Shown: in pieces, positions 41,590-50,024 of the stretch
How positions within the stretch are numbered: the first letter of the stretch is position 1
Layout: every line of letters starts with the position of its first letter
DNA from: an uncultured virus (IMG/VR IMGVR_UViG_3300008116_000021)
Taxonomy: Duplodnaviria; Heunggongvirae; Uroviricota; Caudoviricetes
Virus record (IMG/VR): IMGVR_UViG_3300008116_000021
Direction: 5' to 3' (one strand)
Length of the DNA: 64,000 nt
Position numbers and translations under genes: made by a program
Notes under the pieces: model-generated
Databases searched by the model: none
Told to the model about the DNA's origin: nothing
What the model saw: the letters and a program-made list of their open reading frames with translations, nothing else

Positions 41590-41743
41590 CGTTTCGGTTC
41601 GGTTGATGGAATCAGTCTACAGGGTCAGTCCCTGATGATGTCGGCGGTGAGTGCCAGTGCGTCAGCTGTCACATGGCGGAGCGGTTGCAGGGGGTGCCAG
41701 AATATTGTCACCAGGGCAACCGCTAAGATTGCTTTCCCCAAGG

Positions 41744-41932
41744 TCACAGAATGACGGGGGCAAAAGGTTTGTGAAGGATGCCATAATCTTCGATGGATTG
41801 ATCTAAGATAGCATCGATTGCTTCGTTGATACGCTTCCAGGAATTGATCGGAGCGACAACATCCTGGCAGGTTTTTTTCCAGGATCCGTTAACTTTAACC
41901 ACAACAGACTTAGTGAGAGTTTGTTTGATCAT
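41744..41932 (-). CDS. Early hypothetical protein
   Basis: MIKQTLTKSVVVKVNG...; CATACT -10 and repeat upstream. Confidence 0.55.
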   Translation of the reverse strand: MIKQTLTKSVVVKVNGSWKKTCQDVVAPINSWKRINEAIDAILDQSIEDYGILHKPFAPVIL

Positions 41933-42022
41933 GGTTTGAAGGCGGTGGGGGGCGTCTCTCCCCCCGATGAACATAGTATGGCACCCCACAGGGGTCAGAT
42001 CAATAGGGTGTGTGCCAGTTCC

Positions 42023-42919
42023 TCAACTGGCACACTGAAAGCGTCCGTTGTTGAAGTTAGCGTTAGAAAAGACCTCACGATTGACCAACTTAAACATACC
42101 GAACTGGTTGGTCATCACATAACCCTCAGCATCGATTCTGTTGCCGTAGAGGTATGCTGCAGGACCACCATTGCGGCAGAGATAGAGGCAGTCATCTTTG
42201 ATCGACTTCACCAATGCCCACAGACGCAGCAGGTTAGCATCACAATCGAAGTCGTCGGGGTTGATCCCATCACCAGCACGAATGCAGGCGTTGATCTGCT
42301 GTTTGATCTTTGCCGCTTCCTTATCAGTTACAAACTCACAGGCAGTTGACATTTGACGGGCAAAGTCACAAACTTCCTTTACATCAGCAAACGATTCTTG
42401 ATTGTAAAGAATGTACGTGTTGGGTTTCACAAACAGGCACGAATCGGTGCTGATCAGATCACCCTCAAGCGGGTGAGCGATAGCATCACGCAGATCAGAA
42501 TCTGCAGTGTAGAAGGTATGCGGAGCGATGATGATTTGCTCCTGAATCACCTCAGGGAATTGGTAAGTGATTGTATTAGGAGTGTACTCACAATCACCAC
42601 CGAAACCAATAAAATCGCCTTGAAAGATACCATCTGCACGAGGCAACCAATCAAGACAAGCGTGCAGAATGTTTGCAACCTGCCCTGCATGATTCTGATC
42701 GATTTCATCATGAGAATGATTGATCTTGATTTTAACTTTGTTGAACACAGATTTGGTGCCAACGAAGAACTTACCATTGGCGGGATTGATACCCCAAACG
42801 ATGGCAGGTGCGCCGTCAATCTTAACACTCATGGTGCCAGGATTCACGAACCAATCCAGAACAGAAAGATCACCCGTCAGGATGGTATCTTCGGGGTGTT
42901 CGAGGTGTGTGTTTTTCAT
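42023..42919 (-). CDS. Ligase-like nucleotidyltransferase-fold protein (DUF6267-like)
   Basis: HLEHPED, KIDG (KxDG), QGDF, EGYV, KLV motifs; start MKNTH at 42919. Confidence 0.7.
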   Translation of the reverse strand: MKNTHLEHPEDTILTGDLSVLDWFVNPGTMSVKIDGAPAIVWGINPANGKFFVGTKSVFNKVKIKINHSHDEIDQNHAGQVANILHACLDWLPRADGIFQGDFIGFGGDCEYTPNTITYQFPEVIQEQIIIAPHTFYTADSDLRDAIAHPLEGDLISTDSCLFVKPNTYILYNQESFADVKEVCDFARQMSTACEFVTDKEAAKIKQQINACIRAGDGINPDDFDCDANLLRLWALVKSIKDDCLYLCRNGGPAAYLYGNRIDAEGYVMTNQFGMFKLVNREVFSNANFNNGRFQCAS

Positions 42920-42980
42920 GCTGTTAGTATGGCACGGAATCAGAGGGATCACAAGGGGTCTTGTGCCAGTTCCTCAACTG

Positions 42981-43154
42981 TCACTCCTCCAGCAGTTCAG
43001 GATAGTATTCTTCAACCTCTGCAATCAGTTCCTCATCACTATACCCAGAAAGATTTTCTTCGATCTGGTCACCAACAATACGCATCAAATCTTTGGTGGA
43101 CATGTTATCAAGGATGCGGTCAATGTACGCATCCAGAAGTTCTTGGCGGTTCAT
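42981..43154 (-). CDS. Small acidic hypothetical protein
   Basis: MNRQELLDAYIDRILDNM...EEYYPELLEE; ATGA overlap with the upstream ORF. Confidence 0.65.
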   Translation of the reverse strand: MNRQELLDAYIDRILDNMSTKDLMRIVGDQIEENLSGYSDEELIAEVEEYYPELLEE

Positions 43155-43354
43155 TTCAGAATGTGGCGATAGTTTAGACTTTTGATGCACCAACCATAAG
43201 CGGTGGTGATTTCTTCCACGAGGTCATCTTCATCATCTGCCTCCCAGATTTGACCATAGACTTCACATACAATTTCGTATGCTTCATCTACACTTAATGC
43301 TTCATCATCATAATCATCAAAATCAAACTCAATGTCGGTGATTTGGAATTGCAT
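43151..43354 (-). CDS. Small acidic hypothetical protein
   Basis: FQITDIEFDF...WEADDEDDLVEEIT...GWCI. Confidence 0.7.
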   Translation of the reverse strand: MQFQITDIEFDFDDYDDEALSVDEAYEIVCEVYGQIWEADDEDDLVEEITTAYGWCIKSLNYRHILK

Positions 43355-43503
43355 CAGTAGGTCACAAGTGCAGCAACTTTATCATACAACTGGGCAACAT
43401 TTACACCCACGATTTCACTCACTTCATCCCAATCTTCATGGAACTCAATGAGATCCAGAAGGGCACGAATCTCGTCTTGAGTGAGAGAAAGAACTTCAGA
43501 CAT
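43354..43503 (-). CDS. 49-aa hypothetical protein (absent from ORF track)
   Basis: Hand translation MSEVLSLTQDEIRALLDLIEFHEDWDEVSEIVGVNVAQLYDKVAALVTY; TGATG coupling. Confidence 0.6.
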   Translation of the reverse strand: MSEVLSLTQDEIRALLDLIEFHEDWDEVSEIVGVNVAQLYDKVAALVTY

Positions 43504-43505
43504 GT

Positions 43506-43634
43506 TCAGTAATCGTAGTTAGCGTTCAGGTACTCATTGACATCGAACTTCTCAGTATCACGAAGTTCGGGAATGTCGAGGTCAAAAATCTCACCAGGCA
43601 TGTCTTGGATTTCGGACCAGAGTTCATCAAACAT
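43506..43634 (-). CDS. Small acidic early protein
   Basis: MFDELWSEIQDMPGEIFDLDIPEL...; directly after a promoter cassette. Confidence 0.6.
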   Translation of the reverse strand: MFDELWSEIQDMPGEIFDLDIPELRDTEKFDVNEYLNANYDY

Positions 43635-43705
43635 TGTGTGTCTCTCAGGAACAAACGTAGTATGGCACGAATCGGGGGGTCTCACAACCCCCCTTGTGCC
43701 ACTTC

Positions 43706-43891
43706 TCAAAGTGACCCATTCTCGTCCAGAATGCCCCAATTAATAGAATTACCGTAGAACCCAATGTATACACGACCAATTGAGAATCCGATGATTTCTT
43801 CACACTCATCGTTCAACTTGGTCATCATATCACGAAAGTCAATGTTGAAGTAGAAGTAATCAGAAATCGCAACAGGAGTGGTGAATTTCAT
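43706..43891 (-). CDS. Early hypothetical protein
   Basis: MKFTTPVAISDYFYF...; promoter cassette upstream. Confidence 0.55.
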   Translation of the reverse strand: MKFTTPVAISDYFYFNIDFRDMMTKLNDECEEIIGFSIGRVYIGFYGNSINWGILDENGSL

Positions 43892-43982
43892 GAGTGTTTC
43901 AGGTGAACGAATGTAATGTAGAACGGATCGGGGAGAATGTCTAGGGGGTTTGTGCCAGTTCCCCGACTGGCACACGAGTTAA

Positions 43983-44117
43983 CTATACAAACTCCGCAAG
44001 GTAATAGTCTAACGGCAGCTCAAGTTCTGCTGCTTTCTGTTCCCAAGAATCCCATTCTTGCTGGGAAGCATCATTCAGGAAATCTTCCCGAGTATACTCA
44101 AATGCAGGACCACACAT
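43983..44117 (-). CDS. Small acidic early protein
   Basis: MCGPAFEYTREDF...LPLDYYLAEFV. Confidence 0.55.
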   Translation of the reverse strand: MCGPAFEYTREDFLNDASQQEWDSWEQKAAELELPLDYYLAEFV

Positions 44118-44119
44118 AA

Positions 44120-44278
44120 TCAGATCACCGAAACGTTGACTTCTTTGATGTTCAAACCACAGAGTTGATTGTATACTCGCTTGCTGATAATGTCGCAAGC
44201 ATTCTTGAGTTTTGAACGCTCATACCAAATAGTACACAAACCATCGTAAGTTTCAACGCGGATCCTGATGTCTTTCAA
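44120..44278 (-). CDS. Early hypothetical protein (probable TTG start)
   Basis: KDIRIRVETYDGLCTIWYERS...; downstream of a promoter cassette. Confidence 0.5.
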   Translation of the reverse strand: MKDIRIRVETYDGLCTIWYERSKLKNACDIISKRVYNQLCGLNIKEVNVSVI

Positions 44279-44408
44279 GGTGAATTCCCGACGACGAATG
44301 TAGAATATCCCACGACGTGGGCAATTGCAACTAGTCTTGTGACAGTTCAAAAAGTGGCACAAGATCGATTGAATTCCGACGATCCACGTGCTAACAGGGA
44401 ATTATACC

Positions 44409-44465
44409 ATTCTCAATAAGCGAGACCTTATTGAGAATCAATAATATTATATTATTGAGAATAAG
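44409..44465. repeat. ATTCTCAAT/ATTGAGAAT boxes, left cluster (perfect 12-bp inverted repeat)
   Basis: ATTCTCAATAAG-cgagac-CTTATTGAGAAT at 44409-44438 plus a third box at about 44452-44462. Confidence 0.85.
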
Positions 44466-44486
44466 ACCAATCTTTAAACTGGCACA

Positions 44487-44645
44487 TCAGAAGATATCGC
44501 TGTAATCTTTGATGCTAACATTCACATCTTCATCACCTTCTAGGTGTAGGATCTCACGCCAATTGATATCTTCTAGTTCTAGATCATCATAACACATGAG
44601 GTCTAGCGTGATACGTACCACGCGCTTTGTATGTGTGTTAGGCAT
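44487..44645 (-). CDS. 52-aa acidic protein (absent from ORF track)
   Basis: MPNTHTKRVVRITLDLMCYDDLELEDINWREILHLEGDEDVNVSIKDYSDIF; promoter TTGCAT-17-TATAAT at 44698-44670. Confidence 0.6.
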   Translation of the reverse strand: MPNTHTKRVVRITLDLMCYDDLELEDINWREILHLEGDEDVNVSIKDYSDIF

Positions 44646-44675
44646 AAGAATCTCGTGCGTGTTTACTTGATTATA

Positions 44676-44825
44676 TCATGCATAATGACGATATGCAAGC
44701 GTTTCGTAATCTTGCCCATCTCGTGCATAATCCTCGTCGAGATCTGCATCTTGTGCATAATACTCGTCGAGATCGTATGTGTAATCTGATGCGTATGTAT
44801 AGTCGAGATCGTAGTCGTCGTACAT
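44676..44825 (-). CDS. 49-aa Asp/Tyr-rich peptide (absent from ORF track)
   Basis: MYDDYDLDYTYASDYTYDLDEYYAQDADLDEDYARDGQDYETLAYRHYA; promoter TTGCAA-18-TATAAT at 44887-44858. Confidence 0.55.
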   Translation of the reverse strand: MYDDYDLDYTYASDYTYDLDEYYAQDADLDEDYARDGQDYETLAYRHYA

Positions 44826-44982
44826 AATGCTCGTCGAGATTTGTATGATGCTTATGAATTATAGCATAAAGCTCGACGAGATTGCAAGCCCTTATGATGC
44901 ACACGTCTCGTCGAGATTCATAAGAGTATATATGCATTCTCGTCGAGATTTGTTAAGAAATGCTTATAAGTCTCGTCGAGAT
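44733..44982. repeat. Array of quasi-palindromic CTCG(T/A)CGAGAT boxes (iteron-like)
   Basis: Copies at 44733, 44763, 44830, 44872, 44907, 44939, 44972 and a partial copy near 44801. Confidence 0.9.
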
Positions 44983-45019
44983 TTGTGTGGGTCTCCTGGC
45001 ATTTTTGCGGCGGTGGCAC

Positions 45020-45048
45020 TTGACAAACTGCGCGTCTTATGATACGCT
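45020..45048 (+). promoter_or_regulatory. sigma70-like promoter on + strand with no downstream ORF
   Basis: TTGACA-17 nt-TACGCT with TGn extension. Confidence 0.55.
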
Positions 45049-45142
45049 CGCTTAGCTCACAAGACCCAGAGGCATTTATGAGACTTTATAAGCATTTAGA
45101 GAGCATAAAGATCGACCATTTATGAAACCTTTAGAACACCTT

Positions 45143-45195
45143 ATTCTCAACTATATTCTCAATTGATTCTCATTAATTATCACCTTATTGAGAAT
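45143..45195. repeat. ATTCTCAA boxes, right cluster, followed by an AT-rich tract
   Basis: ATTCTCAA 45143, ATTCTCAAT 45155, ATTCTCAT 45166, CTTATTGAGAAT 45184-45195. Confidence 0.8.
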
Positions 45196-45277
45196 GTTAT
45201 AAAACACTAACATATATTTTTTAATACCTTTTTTAATTAAATTTACATTAAAAAACCCCTAAAATGGGGTAATTTGG

Positions 45278-46096
45278 TTAATTTTCGGTATTTTCACTCT
45301 TTCTCGGTCTACCTCTCCGTTTTGGAATAGGATGCTCTTCTTCCACCTCTTCATGGACATTCTCAAGAGTATTCAATGCAATCTCATCAATAATAGAATC
45401 AATCAATTGTGCTGTCTCTGTATCCTCTTCAGTCTGTGATGATTCTTCTTCCTCTAATGTGTCTGGGTCAATACCTTGTGCAATTAGACGTTCTCTTTCC
45501 ATTTTTCTCCACATTACTAATTCGGGAGAATCATCCTGTAGAGCAACATGATCAACAAAACCTACACGTTGCATTTCCTGTTCTGCAACCATTTGACGAT
45601 GTGCTAATACCTCTTCCTCAGTATAATTTGGTTCTTCAGGTGTTGGATCAAACTCCCACATTGAACCATTCCAATACCAATACAATGTACGACTATCAGG
45701 TTCTGGCATTGTCCAACTATACTTTGTTCCTAATTCCTTTTGATGTGGGAATCGGGGACGATCAATTTCTGGATCTGGATTCAGGACCTTTTCCTTAACT
45801 TGTTCAAATCCAGATTCTAACCAATCCTGTTCACTAATTGTCCATTTCTCAATTGGGCATGATTCTAATGAGAACCTTACCTTATAAGCAAGGAAACATC
45901 CACAATGACGGCAACGTCCTTGTTTACCATCAAAGTAAGGACATTCTCTACAAATATCTAAACGTTGATTTTGAATCTCCTGACTTACAAACAACTTCTC
46001 ATGTCCATTGGCAAATGCTTCTTTAATCACTTCAAATGTGAACTTTGCCAGATTCTTACCTTGTTCTCCTAATGAAGGATATTCCTGTTCAGCCAT
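45278..46096 (-). CDS. Protein with N-terminal Cys cluster (DUF6171-like) and acidic/basic tail
   Basis: RLDICRECP...CRHCGCFL...CPIEKW; C-terminal KRRGRPRK. Confidence 0.7.
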   Translation of the reverse strand: MAEQEYPSLGEQGKNLAKFTFEVIKEAFANGHEKLFVSQEIQNQRLDICRECPYFDGKQGRCRHCGCFLAYKVRFSLESCPIEKWTISEQDWLESGFEQVKEKVLNPDPEIDRPRFPHQKELGTKYSWTMPEPDSRTLYWYWNGSMWEFDPTPEEPNYTEEEVLAHRQMVAEQEMQRVGFVDHVALQDDSPELVMWRKMERERLIAQGIDPDTLEEEESSQTEEDTETAQLIDSIIDEIALNTLENVHEEVEEEHPIPKRRGRPRKSENTEN

Positions 46097-46138
46097 GTTT
46101 TTTGAATAAAAAATGCACGTATACTAATTATAACACAA

Positions 46139-47263
46139 TTATTGATAAAGTCCTCTGATATTCGTCGTTGATCCACTGACGGTGTAATTAGCACCAGTAA
46201 TTGCTCTTCCTGCAGTTCCACCATTGAATGCATCAGTACCAGCAGAATTAGTACCCCAATCGGCACCATTGGATCCTCTTTGTCCATCAAATCCATTTCC
46301 ACCATAAGTTGGGCAACCACCTGGGGATCCTGAATTTGGTCCTTCTGATTGTCCTAATGTCGCAGAATCAGTCCTTGTTAAAGTATAACCCTGACCATTT
46401 CCTCCTCCACCTCCAGCACCACCAGGGGCACCAGGAACTGAGAATACTTGTGGATATGTGCATTGACGATAATAGTAGTAATAAGTCGGTCCTTTGAAAT
46501 ACTGGGCACAAATACCATTATTAATACAACCATTATCGGAAGAGGCACCAGCAGAACATCCAGGGCAATTGTTACAATCTTGTCCAGTGTTCTGATTATA
46601 ATATGTCGTACATTGTCCAGATGATCCTGTTGCTCCTACGGCACCTCTGGATCCACCAGCTCCACCACCCCAGATTCTGGCAGTTCCTCCTACAATGATC
46701 TCAACAGGTCCACCAGATGGTGAATTCACAAATAGGGCAGGTCCACCATTATTACCTTGTCCACTTCCACTGCTCTTTAATGCACCAGTTCCACCCTGCC
46801 CATAGATATTTCCATTGACCAGAATCTGTAAATTAAATGCCGTCGCATTGAATGATGCTCCATAGGCACCAGTCGAAACATTACCACAGGTTCCTTCAAT
46901 GAAGATTCTCTTTTTAATGTTCTTTGCCAGATTATTATTCCAGTATACCGATGCATCTAAATTAATACCATTCGCAGATGGTGTTCCTGCCGTGTTTTGA
47001 TCCGTATTTGATTGAATAATATCATAACGCTTAATCGAATAACGGAATTGCTGTGTCTTCCAGTTTGTTTGTGTCGTTGTAATTGCATCGTTTTCGGTGC
47101 AGTTCGGTACGATAGGATTGGTATTATTGGTCGGAAGAATTCTCAATAGTTCTGATGCAGAAATCTTCCCAGGATTCGCTGGTTCCTGAAAATTAGTTCT
47201 TAATGATGAAAATGTAATCGGACCAGATGAATATAATGGTGTTGTTGATATGGCAACTGACAT
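46139..47263 (-). CDS. Gly-rich fibre/adhesin-like protein with Cys-rich insert
   Basis: SGPITFSSLR start, polyglycine segments, late-promoter-like CTAAATA at 47289-47295. Confidence 0.65.
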   Translation of the reverse strand: MSVAISTTPLYSSGPITFSSLRTNFQEPANPGKISASELLRILPTNNTNPIVPNCTENDAITTTQTNWKTQQFRYSIKRYDIIQSNTDQNTAGTPSANGINLDASVYWNNNLAKNIKKRIFIEGTCGNVSTGAYGASFNATAFNLQILVNGNIYGQGGTGALKSSGSGQGNNGGPALFVNSPSGGPVEIIVGGTARIWGGGAGGSRGAVGATGSSGQCTTYYNQNTGQDCNNCPGCSAGASSDNGCINNGICAQYFKGPTYYYYYRQCTYPQVFSVPGAPGGAGGGGGNGQGYTLTRTDSATLGQSEGPNSGSPGGCPTYGGNGFDGQRGSNGADWGTNSAGTDAFNGGTAGRAITGANYTVSGSTTNIRGLYQ

Positions 47264-47287
47264 CGAAATTGAACGCTATTCTTTCTC

Positions 47288-47563
47288 CTATTTAGAATTA
47301 CTCTTTGTATTTTCGGTGTAAGGTACCCGTCCGGTCTCCTGATACATTACCATGTCATACTTGAACTTACATTCCATTGGTTTCTGATTACACAACTTAA
47401 GAGTCGAATTGATCGTTGATTGTGTATAGGCATTCGATCCCAGTGCAAAACTGATCATACCTGTCAGAATGAGTGCAGGATAATACACCAGTTTACTTTT
47501 CACTGAAACACTGGTACGATTTCCGAGTTCAGGTATCCGTTCTTCTGTACGTGTTGTTCCCAT
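47288..47563 (-). CDS. Membrane-anchored hypothetical protein (start probably GTG near 47503)
   Basis: Hydrophobic YYPALILTGMISFALG segment. Confidence 0.5.
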   Translation of the reverse strand: MGTTRTEERIPELGNRTSVSVKSKLVYYPALILTGMISFALGSNAYTQSTINSTLKLCNQKPMECKFKYDMVMYQETGRVPYTENTKSNSK

Positions 47564-47759
47564 AATGATGCATCCTCAATGTTGTAAAATACTGCTGTTT
47601 GTTTTGTTTGTTTGTCCTTTTTCTGTTTGTAGTAGATAACTTGGTACTTCATAATGATCATTCCAATGTCTTATGACCCCTGCGATAATAAAACAATTAG
47701 TAAGAAGATAAGAAAGGAATATAAAAGTCCGTACACCAGCAATGTAGTCTGCTTCTCTG

Positions 47760-48050
47760 TCATTTTTCGTCGCCTTCTCCCCTAATGCTTTCGCCCACCA
47801 TCTCCACATAGACTTTCTCTTCTTCATAGACAGATTCCCTTGACTTCACATACGTTAATTCATCCCATTGAGTATGATAGCACAGAACTAATAAACGATT
47901 GTTCTTATGAATACTACAGGCATTATAGTTCTCTTGTGTTTTAGGTCTTACCCAAGATTCAATCGTGATGTATTGTTGATCTTTAAAATACACCCATCCT
48001 TCAATATGATCTTTCCATAGTACATAATCGTTCACCTGTGGTTCATACAT
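47760..48050 (-). CDS. Hypothetical protein
   Basis: YEPQVNDYVLW...EGWVYFK; chained overlapping ORFs. Confidence 0.65.
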   Translation of the reverse strand: MYEPQVNDYVLWKDHIEGWVYFKDQQYITIESWVRPKTQENYNACSIHKNNRLLVLCYHTQWDELTYVKSRESVYEEEKVYVEMVGESIRGEGDEK

Positions 48051-48330
48051 ACGCTGCCTCCAGTGGTGTTTGCTTTGGGACCATTGCAGAATATGGACTG
48101 GTCCGTTCTATACTAACAACGTTTCCGATCGTGTTGGAATTAACTGGGGCATGATAGGTTCGGGTTTTGGTGTTGTAGAATCCCCAGATAGATCGTACAG
48201 GAGTGCCCCCGTTATAATCAAACCGAGTGCCATTCCAAATCCAAATAGAAATGACATTTCGTTTGAAGTCTTCATACTCATAACGATAACCTTCGGGTGC
48301 CTTGTGTGGGAATTCAATAGTCATCACCAT
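48043..48330 (-). CDS. Hypothetical protein
   Basis: FPHKAPEGYRYE...SIWGFY...TSPYSAM. Confidence 0.7.
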   Translation of the reverse strand: MVMTIEFPHKAPEGYRYEYEDFKRNVISIWIWNGTRFDYNGGTPVRSIWGFYNTKTRTYHAPVNSNTIGNVVSIERTSPYSAMVPKQTPLEAAYV

Positions 48331-48616
48331 ATTCTAATCCAGATTCGGCATTCATCAATTCAACAGTTGTCTGATACCCCTTGGCAATCGTTAGTTCATG
48401 AGTCTTTCCGATGTCCTGTAAGGTTTCAACATCGAACTCTGGTGCAGTGATCCAACTAAAACCTTTGCCAAATGTGTTATCAGGATTAACCACATACCAA
48501 TGACAAGAAGTGTCAGGGACGAATACAGAACATTTCTTCCAATCATTGTCCCATTGAGGTACTTGAACAAATGATAGTGCGGCAAACAGAATTGCAAACA
48601 GACTTGAGAACATCAT
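48314..48616 (-). CDS. Secreted/membrane hypothetical protein
   Basis: N-terminal hydrophobic signal-like segment. Confidence 0.6.
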   Translation of the reverse strand: MMFSSLFAILFAALSFVQVPQWDNDWKKCSVFVPDTSCHWYVVNPDNTFGKGFSWITAPEFDVETLQDIGKTHELTIAKGYQTTVELMNAESGLEYGDDY

Positions 48617-48773
48617 TCACAAAGATAAACTTTTAGATACTCTGGATTGATACCACCAGAGAGTAGTGTATTTAGAACTTCATCACATTGCTCTTTGGTT
48701 AGATTGTCGGCAACTGCTTCCCATCCACCAGTGTAGTTTTGAAGAATTTTGTAACGTTTGTCTTCGGTCATGA

Positions 48774-49019
48774 TCAGGTCAGGAAGATGTCAATAACTCT
48801 GGACTCTTCATCATCGACAAGTGCAAATTTTGGTGCCTTGACGATGTTAGGCATGACGCGATCTTCATATTGTGGATCAAATGGATTGGTTTCACCTTCA
48901 TCAAAATTGGTGAGAAGATCAAAGCATTCTTGATCATCTTCGGCAATCACACTGATCATGCCACCATACTCAGAAGAGGGGAACGGAACCCAATAATCAA
49001 CAAGATAAATGTACTTCAT
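48774..49019 (-). CDS. Hypothetical protein
   Basis: YLVDYWVPFPSSEYGG motif. Confidence 0.7.
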   Translation of the reverse strand: MKYIYLVDYWVPFPSSEYGGMISVIAEDDQECFDLLTNFDEGETNPFDPQYEDRVMPNIVKAPKFALVDDEESRVIDIFLT

Positions 49020-49199
49020 TTGTTTTTCTAAATTACTCCTTAATTTTAGATGAATGATTCAGATTTGTCAACTGACGTTGGAGTTCAACTTGTGCAGGAA
49101 TGAGATGAGAATATAGAAAATGTTGATACTCATTACCTTCAAGCAGTGATGTCAGATTATCAATCTGCATGAGAGCAAAGATCAGTTTCGTCTGTTCGT

Positions 49200-49382
49200 T
49201 CATACAAACTCAGAAATGTAATAATCAACAGACACATTCATCTCTGCTGCTTGACGTTCAAAGTAACTCTTTGTATATTTTCGTGCTGCTTCACGTCTCA
49301 CATAGTTTTGGACTTCGACATCAGCATGTTTCATAAAGTCTTCAAAAGCAGTCATAAACTGCTTGATGTCTTCATCGTTCAT
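49200..49382 (-). CDS. Hypothetical protein
   Basis: MNDEDIKQF...SVDYYISEFV; C-terminus resembles that of 43983..44117. Confidence 0.6.
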   Translation of the reverse strand: MNDEDIKQFMTAFEDFMKHADVEVQNYVRREAARKYTKSYFERQAAEMNVSVDYYISEFV

Positions 49383-49508
49383 TTGCACATCCAATGGTTT
49401 GACAATAATAGGACTCGAACATGCGATTGTCACGTTGAATTAACCAATAGTTGTAACTCAACATGCCAATCGCAATCAATACACCATAGAACACATACTT
49501 CCGTGTCA

Positions 49509-49772
49509 TCAGCAGGCACCATAGAAAGGATTACCAGTTTGGGGCAGGTTTTGATTGTCACCCGTCACCACATAATCATATGCCAGGCGCTCACGAATGG
49601 CAACTGCCTTCTCCACACGATTCAGATACTTCTTGGAAACCTGATCCACACCTTTCCAGGAGAGAATTTGCATACACCATTCGGTGCTGATGTCACCGAA
49701 AGGAGTTTGGACAGGATAGAAACCGACCAGCATCGTGCCATCCTTAGACTGGAGAGTGGGGAAGTCGATCAT
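49509..49772 (-). CDS. Early hypothetical protein
   Basis: 87 aa directly after a TATAAT promoter/leader repeat. Confidence 0.65.
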   Translation of the reverse strand: MIDFPTLQSKDGTMLVGFYPVQTPFGDISTEWCMQILSWKGVDQVSKKYLNRVEKAVAIRERLAYDYVVTGDNQNLPQTGNPFYGAC

Positions 49773-49805
49773 GGGGGCGTCCCTCGATTACCTTAGTATT
49801 ATAGG
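49770..49805 (-). repeat. 36-bp promoter/leader repeat, copy 1 (copy 2 at 51584-51619)
   Basis: 34 of 36 positions identical by manual alignment; spans -10 box to ATG. Confidence 0.85.
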
Positions 49806-50024
49806 TCAGAAGGACGGCACCACGTCGTTCCGTAGACCAGTTTGGGAACTGTCCATCCGCTCCCAGACGCTGTAGAGTTTGTTATAAAGTGCAGGCACAC
49901 TTCCATATTCCCGTGCAATTCTATTTTCCTCACGGAGATTCAATTCCTGCAGTGCAGATAGAATAATGCCCATTTCATGGACATTTAGTTGTACGTTCGT
50001 TTCGATCATTGTTTTCAATCCCAA
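49806..50024 (-). CDS. Hypothetical protein
   Basis: VQLNVHEMGIILSALQ...YGSVPALYNKL. Confidence 0.6.
   Translation of the reverse strand: MGLKTMIETNVQLNVHEMGIILSALQELNLREENRIAREYGSVPALYNKLYSVWERMDSSQTGLRNDVVPSF

Noticed and set aside
44671..44937. 88-aa track ORF across the repeat array
   Set aside because: It spans a promoter; the 49-aa ORF in another frame fits promoter position better
44733..44982. CRISPR mini-array
   Set aside because: Repeat is only about 11 bp, spacing is irregular, one copy is inverted and no cas genes are present
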